Shown: positions 20,380 to 30,758 of the stretch, in pieces
Layout: the number at the start of each line of letters is the position of its first letter
How positions within the stretch are numbered: the first letter of the stretch is position 1
From: an uncultured candidatus Brocadiaceae bacterium
Lineage (GTDB): Bacteria; Planctomycetota; Brocadiia; Brocadiales; Brocadiaceae
Assembly: GCA_964370795.1 (NCBI GenBank)
Contig: CAYJME010000002.1
Location: 9,220 to 58,309, forward strand
Reading direction: 5' to 3'
DNA: 49,090 nucleotides
Translations under genes and position numbers: made by a program
The notes under the pieces: model-generated
What the model was told of the DNA's origin: nothing
Seen by the model: the letters and a program-made list of their open reading frames with translations, nothing else
The model's database searches: none

Positions 20380-20477
20380 AAGGCTGTCCAAACGTGCACA
20401 CTTCACCGGATTAAATTAAACAATTCACATCCGGTATTCGCCTACAAAACGGATATATGCCAACCTGGACAACCCTT
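20380..20477. repeat. Inverted-repeat-flanked intergenic element (AGGCTGTCCAAA arm), copy B
   Basis: AAGGCTGTCCAAACG lies at 20380-20394, and CTGGACAACCCTT at 20465-20477 is an imperfect reverse complement (11 of 13). There is an internal CCGGAT/ATCCGG hairpin. The 12-mer AGGCTGTCCAAA is shared with copy A. Confidence 0.35.
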
Positions 20478-20493
20478 AATTTTCACAAACAAC

Positions 20494-21258
20494 TTATTTT
20501 TCTTCACTCTCTTCAGTTACAACAGGCGCCGATTCTTCTAATTGTTCCTCAGATGGAGAAGATGCCTCAACCGCTGGCACTGATTCTCCCTCTGTTGCCG
20601 ACACTTCTTTAGGAGGCAGCGAAGTCACCTTCGTTATAATTAAAAACTCAACCCTTCGATTCTGCTTCTTTCCGGCAGAGGTCGTATTGGACGCTATGGG
20701 ACGATTGGGCCCAAAACCGGCAATATGAATCCTGCTTTCTACAACACTTTCCTTCTTTGTTAAGAAGTGAAAGACACTCAACGACCGCGCAGCAGACAGG
20801 TGGTGGTTTGATTCCCACAGGTGCTTTGTCCTCATGATAGGGTCAGTATCCGTGTGACCATCGATTCGTATTGCAATTGCAGGGTTTTCTCCAAGGAACT
20901 TTGCAACCTTGCGGAGCGCTACTTCCCCATTCGGTTTTATGGTAGCCATTCCTGAATCAAACAATACTTTTTCCGGGAAAAGAAGCACCGGTCCTTCAAC
21001 GGTATCCCTGACAGAAACACCTTCACCAATTGACTTCGCAAGCTTTCTAAGCTTGTTCATCTCTTCTTCGTTTGACTTGAGTTTGTCCGACAGAGAAGAA
21101 AGCTGACCCCTAAGCTGGGAAAGTTCTTCGGATTGGTCTCGTATCGTAATTGCCTGCCTTCTATTTAAATCTCTGAGTTCTTTTAATTCAGCACACCCCG
21201 AAGTTCCCAAAAACGCTATCAAAAGGAAAAGCTTTGCATATTTACTAAATTTAGACAT
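20494..21258 (-). CDS. OmpA/MotB-domain lipoprotein
   Basis: The signal peptide ends LGTSGC. A coiled-coil segment follows. The C-terminal OmpA-like peptidoglycan-binding motifs are DGHTDTDPI and NRRVEFLI, followed by an acidic tail. GGAGGG Shine-Dalgarno site. Confidence 0.8.
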   Translation of the reverse strand: MSKFSKYAKLFLLIAFLGTSGCAELKELRDLNRRQAITIRDQSEELSQLRGQLSSLSDKLKSNEEEMNKLRKLAKSIGEGVSVRDTVEGPVLLFPEKVLFDSGMATIKPNGEVALRKVAKFLGENPAIAIRIDGHTDTDPIMRTKHLWESNHHLSAARSLSVFHFLTKKESVVESRIHIAGFGPNRPIASNTTSAGKKQNRRVEFLIITKVTSLPPKEVSATEGESVPAVEASSPSEEQLEESAPVVTEESEEK

Positions 21259-21387
21259 GTTTTTCCCTCCATCGGATGAGGCAAAGTATAAGGATAATAT
21301 CTAAGAAACGGCTAAAAAACTTACCATTAAAGCGTAAATATAACATTCATCACATATGTTTTCAAGTTTTTTCCCATGAATTTTACC

Positions 21388-21774
21388 TCAACTTTTGTAA
21401 ACCTTGTCCGGCTCGAATACCTTCTTCTCTGTTATCTGAATACTGTCTGTCCTGGGAATATATTCCCGGTAATAGCAAGTCTTGTATCCTGCATGGCAGG
21501 CAGCTACATGCTGTTCAACCATAAAAACCAGCGAATTCCCCTCACAATCAAAAAACACCCTCTTTACCAGCTGTATGTGTCCGGAAGTTTCTCCCTTAAT
21601 CATTAATCGGTTCTGCGAACGGCGAAACACATGTATTTTGCCTGTTTCAATTGTTTTTGTCACCGCGTCTTTATTCATATAACACAACGTAAGGACCTTT
21701 CCATCGCCCGCATCCGCAATCACTGATGGAATAAGCCCCTTTTCGTCAAAACGTATTTTTTCCAATAGCTGCAT
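21388..21774 (-). CDS. hisI: Phosphoribosyl-AMP cyclohydrolase
   Basis: 128 aa. The HisI signature reads GLIPSVIADAGDGKVLTLCYMNKDA...FRRSQNRLMIKGETSGH...DCEGNSLVFMVEQ...ACH. Confidence 0.9.
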   Translation of the reverse strand: MQLLEKIRFDEKGLIPSVIADAGDGKVLTLCYMNKDAVTKTIETGKIHVFRRSQNRLMIKGETSGHIQLVKRVFFDCEGNSLVFMVEQHVAACHAGYKTCYYREYIPRTDSIQITEKKVFEPDKVYKS

Positions 21775-21869
21775 ATAGTCTCCTCTTCACTAATCTTTTA
21801 AATCAAACATTTAAATTCAACATTATTGTTTCGTATTTCTATTATTCGAATTTAAGATTTATTTTACGG

Positions 21870-22532
21870 TCAAAGATCTGCCATTTTTGATTTCGACCCA
21901 TACTTTACAATTTTCTCATACAAACGCCGTGCTGCTTCTTCCGGCGCGTTGGCATGCATAATACCTGAAATAACAGCAATGCCATCCGCACCACCTTTTA
22001 AAACGGAGTCAACATTTTTTCCATGAATTCCCCCGAGAGCAATAAGGGGGATATTCAATTCTTTTTTTAACTTTTGAATCTCCCCTGGCCCTGTTGGCTC
22101 AAGAATCCCTGATTTTGAAGGCGTATCAAAGACGGGGCCAAAAGTAATATAATCCGCCCCGTGAAGCTGAGCTTGTAAGGCCTCCTGACGATTATGGGTA
22201 GAGATACCCATAAGTTTTTCGTGACCAATAAGTTTTCTCACGATACCAGGGGGAAGGGATTGCCAGCCCAGATGCACGCCATCTGCATCTACCGCAAGCG
22301 CCACATCAACCCTGTCATTGACAATCAAATTGGCACAAAAATCAGATGTTATCTTCCTCGCCTCATGTGCAAGGGAATACAACTCTTTTGTGGAAAGTCC
22401 CTTTTCCCGTAACTGTACTGTCTTCACTCCGCCTTCCAAGGCAAACCGCATGGTATCAAAAAAAGAGTGTTTGCAAAGATTTCTGTCAGTAATGAGCATG
22501 AAAGAAAGATGCTGGAGCGCCTGCTTATTCAT
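21870..22532 (-). CDS. thiE: Thiamine-phosphate synthase
   Basis: 220 aa TIM-barrel pattern, with VQLREK, NDRVDVALAVDADGVHLG, DYITFGPVFDTPSK and LIALGGI. Confidence 0.9.
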   Translation of the reverse strand: MNKQALQHLSFMLITDRNLCKHSFFDTMRFALEGGVKTVQLREKGLSTKELYSLAHEARKITSDFCANLIVNDRVDVALAVDADGVHLGWQSLPPGIVRKLIGHEKLMGISTHNRQEALQAQLHGADYITFGPVFDTPSKSGILEPTGPGEIQKLKKELNIPLIALGGIHGKNVDSVLKGGADGIAVISGIMHANAPEEAARRLYEKIVKYGSKSKMADL

Positions 22533-22630
22533 CAGAAAGTATGGACTTTAATCTACCGCCCGTTATCTTGAGGCATGTGTAAATAATCCTGAATGGTGGA
22601 TGCACTTCACCCACCCGCATTAATCCATTG

Positions 22631-24112
22631 TCATACATGCAATGTTGGGATTAATTTTTTGTCAATCAGATGGACATGCCGTTTCAACATGGGGTCTATT
22701 ACACCGCACACAAATTCTTCCACCTGCTGAGGCGCCCTGCCAACTAATTTACCCGGATCGGAAATTTCTTTGAGTTTCGTTTTAATGCGGGAGAATGCCG
22801 GGTCTTGTGTAATGCGCTCTAAAAGATCGTTCTTTCCGCCCTCTTCCTTCATCCTGCTGGTGACATCCATCGTATGCCTGCGGATTTTCTCATGGAGTTC
22901 CTGCCGGTCACCGCCTGCATTCACGGCCGCCATAAGAATGTTCTCCGTTATCATAAATGGTAATTCACCTGCAAGGTTGCGGCCGATAACCATGGGATAG
23001 ACGCTTAATTCTGAGACAACATTCAATACTATATTTAATATACTGTCTACAGCCAGGAATGCCTCGGGAATTGCAATTCTCTTGTTGGCGGAATCGTCCA
23101 GCGTCCTTTCAAACCACTGAGCGGCTGCAGTAAAGGCGGGATTCAGACAATTACATAACACATAACGTGCAATAGCCGCGATGCGTTCACATCGCATGGG
23201 ATTCCGTTTATACGCCATTGCGGATGAACCGACTTGCTCCTCTTCGAAAGGTTCTTCTGCTTCTTTTAAGTGCTGGAGCAACCGCATATCATTGGAAAAC
23301 TTGTGGGCCGATTGCGCAATGCCTGCCAGAGAAAACACAATCTGGCTGTCAATCTTGCGTGAATACGTTTGCCCCGTCACGGGATAACACCGATCAAATC
23401 CCATTTTCTTTGCAACCAGCGCATCGAGCTTTTTTACCTTCTCGTGATCATTCTGAAAAAGGACCATAAAACTCGCCTGTGTACCCGTTGTCCCTTTCAC
23501 ACCATGAAACCGCAATCCCTGAAGTCGTGCTTCTATTTCTTCAACATCAAAAACAAAATCCTGTAACCATAAACACATCCGTTTCCCCAATGTTGTTGGC
23601 TGCGCCGGTTGAAAATGGGTAAAACTCAGGGTTGCAAGGTCTTTATATTTCAGCGCCTGATGGGAAAGTACACTGACAATATTAACCAATTTTGCAAGGA
23701 TAATCCGCAACCCTTCCTTCATCTGGATGAGTTCGGTATTGTCCTGCACGTAAGCGCTCGTCGCGCCGAGATGGATAATCGGTTTAGCCTTTGGACACTG
23801 CTCGCCATAGGCATGGATGTGTGACATCACATCGTGTCTGAGTTTTTTCTCATACTCTCGTGCCACATCAAAATTAATCGTCTCCTGAAAACGGCGCATT
23901 TCCTCAATCTGCTCCTGGGTAATCGCTTTCAGCCCAAGCTCCATTTCCGCCTCTGCAAGGGAAATCCAGAGTTTTCTCCAGGCGCTAAATTTGTATTGAT
24001 CGGAAAAAATAAAGCACATCTCCTTGCTGGCGTATCGCTCGGAAAATGGGGATTGATATTTTTCCCTGGATGCCTTGAATAAAGTTTGTTGTTGATTATT
24101 GGTTTGTGTCAT
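22631..24112 (-). CDS. purB: Adenylosuccinate lyase
   Basis: 493 aa of the fumarase/lyase superfamily, with the SSAMAYKRNPMRCE signature loop. Confidence 0.95.
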   Translation of the reverse strand: MTQTNNQQQTLFKASREKYQSPFSERYASKEMCFIFSDQYKFSAWRKLWISLAEAEMELGLKAITQEQIEEMRRFQETINFDVAREYEKKLRHDVMSHIHAYGEQCPKAKPIIHLGATSAYVQDNTELIQMKEGLRIILAKLVNIVSVLSHQALKYKDLATLSFTHFQPAQPTTLGKRMCLWLQDFVFDVEEIEARLQGLRFHGVKGTTGTQASFMVLFQNDHEKVKKLDALVAKKMGFDRCYPVTGQTYSRKIDSQIVFSLAGIAQSAHKFSNDMRLLQHLKEAEEPFEEEQVGSSAMAYKRNPMRCERIAAIARYVLCNCLNPAFTAAAQWFERTLDDSANKRIAIPEAFLAVDSILNIVLNVVSELSVYPMVIGRNLAGELPFMITENILMAAVNAGGDRQELHEKIRRHTMDVTSRMKEEGGKNDLLERITQDPAFSRIKTKLKEISDPGKLVGRAPQQVEEFVCGVIDPMLKRHVHLIDKKLIPTLHV

Positions 24113-24307
24113 AGTTATATTTTTAAACTTTTTGCAAATTCTTTAAAAACCCACGTCCCCCATTATTCTCATAACTCTTAACTCTCAAAAATCCTTTTAC
24201 ACTATTGTGTAAATCAAACAAAAATCAAGAATGCATGTCAAGGGAAAACGACTGGATATTATCACAAAATCCTGATTTTATAAAAAAGATGGCGGTGAAA
24301 CAAAAAA

Positions 24308-24338
24308 GGCGTTGAACTCGAAAACTCAACGCCTTTTT
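24308..24338 (-). terminator. Rho-independent terminator downstream of groEL (bidirectional shape)
   Basis: Stem GGCGTTGA (24308-24315) pairs with TCAACGCC (24326-24333). A-runs and T-runs flank it on both sides. It lies about 80 nt after the groEL stop. Confidence 0.7.
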
Positions 24339-24416
24339 AATATCTGAACTTTGTGTAAAAAAACACAAATGACCTTTATCTACTTCTTTCTATAAAAACC
24401 TTTGGTTCGTTTATAG

Positions 24417-26036
24417 TTAATGTTTGTGTCCACACGGCGCTGCGCCGGGTTTTTCCTTCTCCTCAGGAATTTCACCAATAACGGCATTGGTTGTCAACAA
24501 TAATGACGCAATGCTCGCGCCATTTTGTAACGCCACCTTTACCACCTTTGCAGCGTCAACAATACCAGCCTCAACCATGTCGGTAAACCTTGCCCCGAAG
24601 GCGTCATAACCAAAATTACCCACACCTTCCTTTACCTTCTGCATAATGACAGCGCCTTCCAATCCGGCGTTATCGGCAATCTGCTGGATGGGCTTTTCAA
24701 TGGACATTCTGACAATATTCACCCCGGTTTTTTCATCACCTCTGGTAGTCACCGCATCCAATGCCTTTGACGCCCGAATCAACGCAACACCACCACCTGG
24801 CAATATACCTTCTTCCACCGCAGCCCTGGTTGCATGCACGGCATCCTCAACACGCGACTTTCTCTCCTTCATTTCAGCCTCCGTTGCAGCGCCAACGTTG
24901 ATGCGTGCAATTCCACCAGAGAGTTTTGCCAGCCGTTCCTGCAACTTTTCACGATCATAATCAGAAGTGGTTAAGCCCATCTCTGTCTTGATCTGCGCTA
25001 TTCTTCCCTGGATTTCTTTTGGATCGCCAGCGCCCTGGATAACAGTTGTCGTATCTTTATTAATAACCACTTTCTTTGCAGTACCGAGATCGGCAAGTTG
25101 TACCTGCGTAAGTTGTATCCCTAAATCTTCAAACAACGCCTTAGCGCCTGTGAGCGCCGCAATATCGCCCAACATCGCCTTCATTCTTTCACCAAATCCG
25201 GGCGCCTTGACAGCAGCGCATTGAAAGGTGCCACGGAGCTTGTTTACCACAAGTGTGCTGAGCGCCTCGCCTTCCACATCCTCAGCGATCACCAGCAATG
25301 CCTTCCCAGACTTGGCGATTTTTTCCAGCAGGGGCACAAGGTCTTTAATGACAGATACCTTTTTTTCATGGACTAAAATGTAGGGATTTTCGAACACGAC
25401 CTCCATAGTCTCGGCAGAGGTAATAAAATAAGGGGACAGATACCCCCTGTCGAACTGCATACCCTCTACTAATTCAACGGTAGTTTTCAAACTCTTTCCC
25501 TCTTCAACCGTAATAACGCCATCCTTGCCCACCTTTTCCATGGCATCTGCTATCTGGTTGCCAATCTCCTCATCATTGTTTGCAGCAATCGTGGCAATCT
25601 GGGCAATCTCCTTCTTCCCTGATATTTTAATACTCATACGGGTAAGCTCTTTTATCAGCGCATCTACGGCCTTATCAATACCGTGCTTAATATCCACAGG
25701 GTTGGCTCCGGCCGTGATATTCTTAAGCCCTTCCTCAAATATTGCTTCTGCCAGGAGTGTTGCTGTTGAGGTGCCGTCACCCACAATATCATTTGTTTTG
25801 GAAGCAACCTCCCGGACCATCTTGGCTCCTATATCTTCATAAGGGTCTTCAAGCTCAATCTCTTTAGCAACCGTAACACCATCATTAATTACCACGGGAG
25901 CGCCAAAGCTTTTTTCGATAACAACATTTCGCCCCTTTGGTCCTAACGTCACTTTTACAGCACGGGCCAATTTCTTAATGCCTTTCCTCATTGCCTCACT
26001 GGCATCATACCCATAGATAATCTTTTTCGCAGCCAT
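24417..26036 (-). CDS. groL: Chaperonin GroEL (copy 1, in groES-groEL operon)
   Basis: 539 aa with canonical GroEL sequence throughout ([29 protein letters not shown]). The C-terminus is [10 protein letters not shown] rather than a GGM repeat. Confidence 0.97.
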   Translation of the reverse strand: MAAKKIIYGYDASEAMRKGIKKLARAVKVTLGPKGRNVVIEKSFGAPVVINDGVTVAKEIELEDPYEDIGAKMVREVASKTNDIVGDGTSTATLLAEAIFEEGLKNITAGANPVDIKHGIDKAVDALIKELTRMSIKISGKKEIAQIATIAANNDEEIGNQIADAMEKVGKDGVITVEEGKSLKTTVELVEGMQFDRGYLSPYFITSAETMEVVFENPYILVHEKKVSVIKDLVPLLEKIAKSGKALLVIAEDVEGEALSTLVVNKLRGTFQCAAVKAPGFGERMKAMLGDIAALTGAKALFEDLGIQLTQVQLADLGTAKKVVINKDTTTVIQGAGDPKEIQGRIAQIKTEMGLTTSDYDREKLQERLAKLSGGIARINVGAATEAEMKERKSRVEDAVHATRAAVEEGILPGGGVALIRASKALDAVTTRGDEKTGVNIVRMSIEKPIQQIADNAGLEGAVIMQKVKEGVGNFGYDAFGARFTDMVEAGIVDAAKVVKVALQNGASIASLLLTTNAVIGEIPEEKEKPGAAPCGHKH

Positions 26037-26053
26037 TACAACCTCCTAAAATA

Positions 26054-26341
26054 TTATTCAATTACCGCAAGAATATCCTCTTCGGACATCAAGAGATATT
26101 CCTCGCCGTCGATCTTTACCTCTGTCCCGCCATACGAAGCAAATATTACCCTGTCTCCCTTTTTCACCTGGAACTTTGCCCGTTCCCCGTTCTTTAATAA
26201 CTTGCCGTCACCCAGGGCAAAAATCTTACCCTCCTTTGGCTTTTCCTTCGCTGAATCAGGTAACACAATACCACCCGAACTCTTCGCTTCTGCTTCAACC
26301 CTCTTTATTAATATCTTCTCACCTATTGGTTTTACATTCAT
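26054..26341 (-). CDS. groS: Co-chaperonin GroES
   Basis: 95 aa with KPIGEKILIKRVEAEAKSSGGIVLPDSAKEKP. AAGGAG Shine-Dalgarno site. It lies 17 nt upstream of groEL. Confidence 0.95.
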   Translation of the reverse strand: MNVKPIGEKILIKRVEAEAKSSGGIVLPDSAKEKPKEGKIFALGDGKLLKNGERAKFQVKKGDRVIFASYGGTEVKIDGEEYLLMSEEDILAVIE

Positions 26342-26410
26342 GATCTGAACTACTCCTTTCTTTACAAAACGAGATGAAAAACGTCTATTCGCACGCTGTT
26401 TTCCTACGGA

Positions 26411-26815
26411 TTATTTCCAATAGTACTTGGCGATAACCTGTTCAACAGAATCTTGCAATATATTCACATTAATAGGTTTCGGGATCAGGGTGTATGCGTT
26501 TGCGCTAATGAGGTCGATTTGGAGTTCTTTGGTTATTTCACCTGAAATAAAGATACCCGGAATCGGTACACTGATCTCATTTCTGATAATTTTAAACGTC
26601 TCAAGACCGCTGTAGTCCGGCAAATGCACATCAAGAATCAAGAGGTGTACTTCTACACACCGTGCTATTTTCACGGCCTCACGACCACAACTGGCAAGGT
26701 GCGTGGTATACCCTTTTGTCTCAAATACATCCCGCAAACTATCACGACAGGCGTCATCGTCATCTGTTATAAGAAGCGAATAACGGCCTGCGCGTGGATC
26801 AAATAATGCCATCAT
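26411..26815 (-). CDS. Stand-alone response-regulator receiver protein upstream of groES
   Basis: 134 aa. All REC key positions are present: the acidic pocket ITDDDD, the acceptor LLILDVHLPD, S in FISGE and K in LIPKP. There is no output domain. Confidence 0.8.
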   Translation of the reverse strand: MMALFDPRAGRYSLLITDDDDACRDSLRDVFETKGYTTHLASCGREAVKIARCVEVHLLILDVHLPDYSGLETFKIIRNEISVPIPGIFISGEITKELQIDLISANAYTLIPKPINVNILQDSVEQVIAKYYWK

Positions 26816-27213
26816 AATTCTAATCCTTTAAAAACAGACTTTATACAAACTGAAGAATTTAGCAAACAATATACCAACAAAATTCCCAACTCTTTTAAAA
26901 ATAAATATTTTCAAAATAACCCTTGAAATATTTGTGTGATTATTATTTCACAAAAAGTCGCATTACCAGGTAAATCAACTGTTTAGATACAAATTAATAT
27001 TATTTTGCCCATTTCTTTTCTCCACATCAACAACATGAATAATTAGAGACTTTCTTTATACATGAATAATAATTATACCCATTTTTTGCCGCCATAATGG
27101 CAGGCTTTATCTTATTTCAGATACGTCCTTGAATAATAATGGGCAGATTATTATAATTTTCTCACATTTTTTATTTTTCTCCTATGTTATAATTTAGAGT
27201 ACAGTTTTCAGGC

Positions 27214-28068
27214 ATGCTCAAAAAAATATCTTCAATACTCGATTTAATTAAATTCCCGCACACCATCTTTTCATTCCCTTTTGCGATCATAAGCGCATTT
27301 CTTGCGGCCGGTGGTATGCCAGGAATGGCACAATTGCTGTTAATCCTTGGCGCCCTGGTAACAGCCCGCAGCGCTGCTATGTCCTTTAATCGGCTGGTAG
27401 ATACTGCCTACGATATCCATAACCCCCGCACAGCTTATCGTGTCACGCTGATTGAAAAAATTGGCAGAAAGAATGTCGTATTATTTACTTTTGTATGCGT
27501 TGCTCTTTTTGTAGTCTGCGCATGGTTGCTCAATTGGCTTGCGTTCTATCTGTCGCCTTTAGTAATCGTTATTATCTTTGGCTATTCATACACAAAGCGG
27601 TTCACCCATTTCTCTCACTTTGTCCTGGGAACCGCATTGGCGCTCTCGCCCATTGGCGCATGGATTGGCATCCGGGGTTCATTTACCATTACACCCTTTT
27701 TGCTGGCTCTTGCTGTTGTGTTGTGGACGGCGGGTTTTGATATTATTTACGCGTGTCAGGACCTGGAACACGATATGAGGCTCAGTTTGTATTCCATCCC
27801 TAAAAAACTGGGCATTCAAGGCGCATTAATAGTTTCCGGCGTACTGCACTTGCTTATGGTTCTGGTACTCGCACTTTTACCCCACTATACGGATTTGAGT
27901 ATTATTTATTTCATGGGGGTATTCATTGTGGCAGGATTGCTCTTTTATGAGCATTCCCTCGTAAAACCCGGAGACCTTTCCAAAATCAATACCGCATTTT
28001 TTACTATAAATGGGATTATCAGCATGGGATTTATGGTAGTAACCATAATAGATATATTTGTGAAATGA
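27214..28068 (+). CDS. UbiA-family aromatic prenyltransferase (4-hydroxybenzoate polyprenyltransferase / MqnP-like)
   Basis: 284 aa with about 8-9 TM helices. The first Asp-rich motif is NRLVDTAYDIHNPRT and the second is in YACQDLEHD. Confidence 0.85.
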   Translation: MLKKISSILDLIKFPHTIFSFPFAIISAFLAAGGMPGMAQLLLILGALVTARSAAMSFNRLVDTAYDIHNPRTAYRVTLIEKIGRKNVVLFTFVCVALFVVCAWLLNWLAFYLSPLVIVIIFGYSYTKRFTHFSHFVLGTALALSPIGAWIGIRGSFTITPFLLALAVVLWTAGFDIIYACQDLEHDMRLSLYSIPKKLGIQGALIVSGVLHLLMVLVLALLPHYTDLSIIYFMGVFIVAGLLFYEHSLVKPGDLSKINTAFFTINGIISMGFMVVTIIDIFVK

Positions 28069-28137
28069 TAAAGATGTCTGGATATTCGCAATTTGCGATT
28101 TTAATCCCAAATCTAAAATCCAAAATCTAGAATTGTA

Positions 28138-28362
28138 CTATTTCCTGCCAAACAACCACATGATGAAAGAAAGAATAATACTCACAATAATGCACGTGGT
28201 AATGGGAAAATAAAAGCTGAAGTTCTTCTTCTCAACGGCAATATCGCCGGGGAGCCTTCCCAGAAAAGGTATCTTGCTGCCCAACATAAATAATCCACCC
28301 ACAATTACCATGATAATTCCAAAGATTATTAAAATCTTGCCAAAAGAACCAAATTCGCCCAT
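28138..28362 (-). CDS. DUF2905 family small membrane protein
   Basis: 74 aa with two TM helices flanking the GRLPGDI motif characteristic of DUF2905. Confidence 0.7.
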   Translation of the reverse strand: MGEFGSFGKILIIFGIIMVIVGGLFMLGSKIPFLGRLPGDIAVEKKNFSFYFPITTCIIVSIILSFIMWLFGRK

Positions 28363-28498
28363 CGGATACGCCTTTCAAGTTTGTAGTGGCGACTTCAGTC
28401 GCTTCCAGAAAACTCACATAAATAAAACAAAATCCTATGCAATAAATTACGACTTCGACAACTTTTCATTATAGCACAGATCTCTTGTGGTCGGCAAT

Positions 28499-28551
28499 AA
28501 ACGGTTTAAACGGTTTAATCTGTGCAAACCGTTCAAACTGTGCAAGCGGTT
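28499..28551. repeat. Array of AAC[C/G]GTT-core direct/inverted repeats in divergent intergenic region
   Basis: AAACGGTTT occurs twice in tandem (28499-28507, 28508-28516). CTGTGCAAACCGTT (28520-28533) and CTGTGCAAGCGGTT (28538-28551) then follow with an 18-nt period. The array lies between the DUF2905 start (28362) and the groEL2 start (28875). Confidence 0.35.
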
Positions 28552-28874
28552 ATAGGGATAAACTACCCGCGCTACAATTTGTATTGAAATTTCTAAAATG
28601 TTAAACAAATCATTTCCTGCCATATTGACACTTAACATGTAAACATTCAGGAAGGGATACTGTCATAGTGACATATTCAGGATTTACCCAAATACTTTCT
28701 ATTAATAATTTTGTTATAATATTTTCTATTTCATTGAGAATTAAAGGCTTAAATTTATAGAAACCACCCATGATCTCATGCTATAAAAGAACATATCGGC
28801 ATCAAGTTTGCTCAACAGACTCTCTTATCAGCATTTCTATCAAAGCAAAGAAATATTTTGGAGGAAACTTAGAT

Positions 28875-30512
28875 ATGTCAGCAAAAAAGATTATTTATGA
28901 TCATGACGCACTGGAAACTATTAAACAGGGCGTCAAACAATTGGCAGATGCAGTTAAGATTACCCTGGGACCCCGGGGGCGCAACGTCGTCATCCAGAAA
29001 AGCTTTGGTTCTCCACTTATCACCAAGGACGGCGTCACTGTTGCTAAAGAAATCGACCTTGAAGACCATATGCAAAATATTGGCGCACAAATGGTAAAAA
29101 CCGTGGCGTCAAAAACCAGTGATGTTGCAGGCGACGGCACGACAACGGCCACAGTACTCGCCGAGGCCATATTTGTTGAGGGCTTGAAGAATGTAACTGC
29201 AGGCGCTAATGCAATGGCATTAAAACGCGGTATCGATAAAGCAGTAGAAGCGGTCGTTAAAAAACTCAAAGAAATGTCCATTCCTGTTAAAGGACGTAAA
29301 GAGATTGAACAGGTAGCCACGGTTGCATCAAACTACGATACTGAGGTGGGAAAAATTATTGCAGATGCGATGGAAAAGGTTGGTAAAGATGGTGTTATAA
29401 CGGTCGAAGAGGGAAAGAGCCTGCAAACTGACGCAAAATGGATAGAAGGATTGCAGTTCGATAAGGGATATTTGTCACCCTATTTTATTACGAATCCCAA
29501 TACCATGCAATGCGTTCTTGACGATCCCTATATTTTAATTCATGAGAAAAAAATTACTGCCGCCAAGGGGTTAATACCTATTCTGGAAAAGGTTTCTCAG
29601 ACGGGCAAACCTCTCTTGATTATCGCCGAAGAAATTGAAGGCGAGGCGCTGACCCTTCTCGTTGTAAACAAACTCCGCGGCGCATTAAAATGCGCTGCCG
29701 TCAAAGCACCCGGATTCGGAGATAAACGCAAGGCCATGCTGGAGGATATTGCAATCCTTACCGGTGGACAGGCAGTTTTTGAAGACCTCGGCATTAACCT
29801 GGAAGCCATGCAATTAAAGGACATGGGACGTGCAAAGAAGATAGAAATTGATAAGGAAAATACCATCCTTATTGAAGGCGCTGGGGATAGCAAGAAGATT
29901 AAGGGACGTATTGAGCAAATAAAGAAGGAAATTTCTATCACCACATCAGATTATGATCGTGAGAAACTCCAGGAAAGACTGGCCAAACTGGCCGGCGGTG
30001 TAGCGCAGGTTAACGTGGGCGCGGCAACCGAGAGTGAAATGAAGGAAAAGAAGGCGCGTGTAGAAGACGCCCTTCATGCCACCCGTGCAGCCGTTGAAGA
30101 AGGCATCCTCCCCGGTGGCGGCGTTGCGCTTTTAAGGGCGCTTCCAGCTCTTGACTCATTAAAACTTACCGGTGATGAGGCCGTGGGTGTGGACATCGTC
30201 AAAAGGGCATTAAGGGCGCCTTTACGACAAATTGCTACGAACGCCGGTGTAAACGCCTCGATTGTTGTCCAAAAAGTAGAATCATCAAAAAACAGCGAAG
30301 GTTACGACGCCAGTGCGGACAGGTATTGCAACATGGTTGCAGAAGGAATCATAGACCCAACAAAGGTGGTCAGAACAGCCTTACAAAATGCAGCAAGCAT
30401 ATCGACGTTACTCCTTACAACCGATGCGATTGTGGGCAAGATACCGGAAAAGAAGAAGACGCCTCCCATGCCGCCCGGCGGTGGTTACGGTGGATATGGC
30501 GATATGTACTAA
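28875..30512 (+). CDS. groL: Chaperonin GroEL (copy 2, no adjacent groES)
   Basis: ATG 28875 follows GGAGGA (28859-28864). From there the sequence is canonical GroEL ([14 protein letters not shown]...). The Gly-rich tail is [13 protein letters not shown]. The 35-aa extension from 28770 has no GroEL counterpart. Confidence 0.95.
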   Translation: MSAKKIIYDHDALETIKQGVKQLADAVKITLGPRGRNVVIQKSFGSPLITKDGVTVAKEIDLEDHMQNIGAQMVKTVASKTSDVAGDGTTTATVLAEAIFVEGLKNVTAGANAMALKRGIDKAVEAVVKKLKEMSIPVKGRKEIEQVATVASNYDTEVGKIIADAMEKVGKDGVITVEEGKSLQTDAKWIEGLQFDKGYLSPYFITNPNTMQCVLDDPYILIHEKKITAAKGLIPILEKVSQTGKPLLIIAEEIEGEALTLLVVNKLRGALKCAAVKAPGFGDKRKAMLEDIAILTGGQAVFEDLGINLEAMQLKDMGRAKKIEIDKENTILIEGAGDSKKIKGRIEQIKKEISITTSDYDREKLQERLAKLAGGVAQVNVGAATESEMKEKKARVEDALHATRAAVEEGILPGGGVALLRALPALDSLKLTGDEAVGVDIVKRALRAPLRQIATNAGVNASIVVQKVESSKNSEGYDASADRYCNMVAEGIIDPTKVVRTALQNAASISTLLLTTDAIVGKIPEKKKTPPMPPGGGYGGYGDMY

Positions 30513-30569
30513 TCGTACCGGTAAACAATCAGGTTTATACCATTTAAGTTGCTTTATTTATTTCCTTGC

Positions 30570-30600
30570 AAAAGACCCCGCTTTCTCTGCGGGGTCTTTT
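30570..30600 (+). terminator. Rho-independent terminator after groEL2
   Basis: AAAAGACCCCGC (30570-30581) pairs with GCGGGGTCTTTT (30589-30600) around the loop TTTCTCT, followed by a T-rich stretch. Confidence 0.8.
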
Positions 30601-30758
30601 GTTCCGGCTTATTCCCAAACAGATGTTTTTTATCATCCATAGCTGCCGGGAAAACGGCAACTGCCATACAAAGCCCTTGCGCTCAAAAATAAAAATTGCT
30701 ATAGTAATTCCGTTTTGTACAATATAGCACAAAGAATATTAGAGGGGTTCCTTTTCAA

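Noticed and set aside
22533-22630. Possible TPP riboswitch upstream of thiE
   Set aside because: I read the minus-strand leader and did not find the conserved CUGAGA or ACCUGAUCUGGAUAAUGCCAGCG-type TPP elements. thiE is probably co-transcribed with purB.
26342-26410. CIRCE/HrcA operator upstream of groES, also sought at 26816-27213 and 28640-28874
   Set aside because: No match to TTAGCACTC-N9-GAGTGCTAA on either strand. The nearest look-alike (TTATAGCACAG at about 28469) lacks the inverted partner.
28499-28551. Tandem repeats considered as a mini CRISPR array
   Set aside because: The repeat units are only 9-14 nt long with no spacers of CRISPR length. There are no cas genes. They fit protein-binding sites better.
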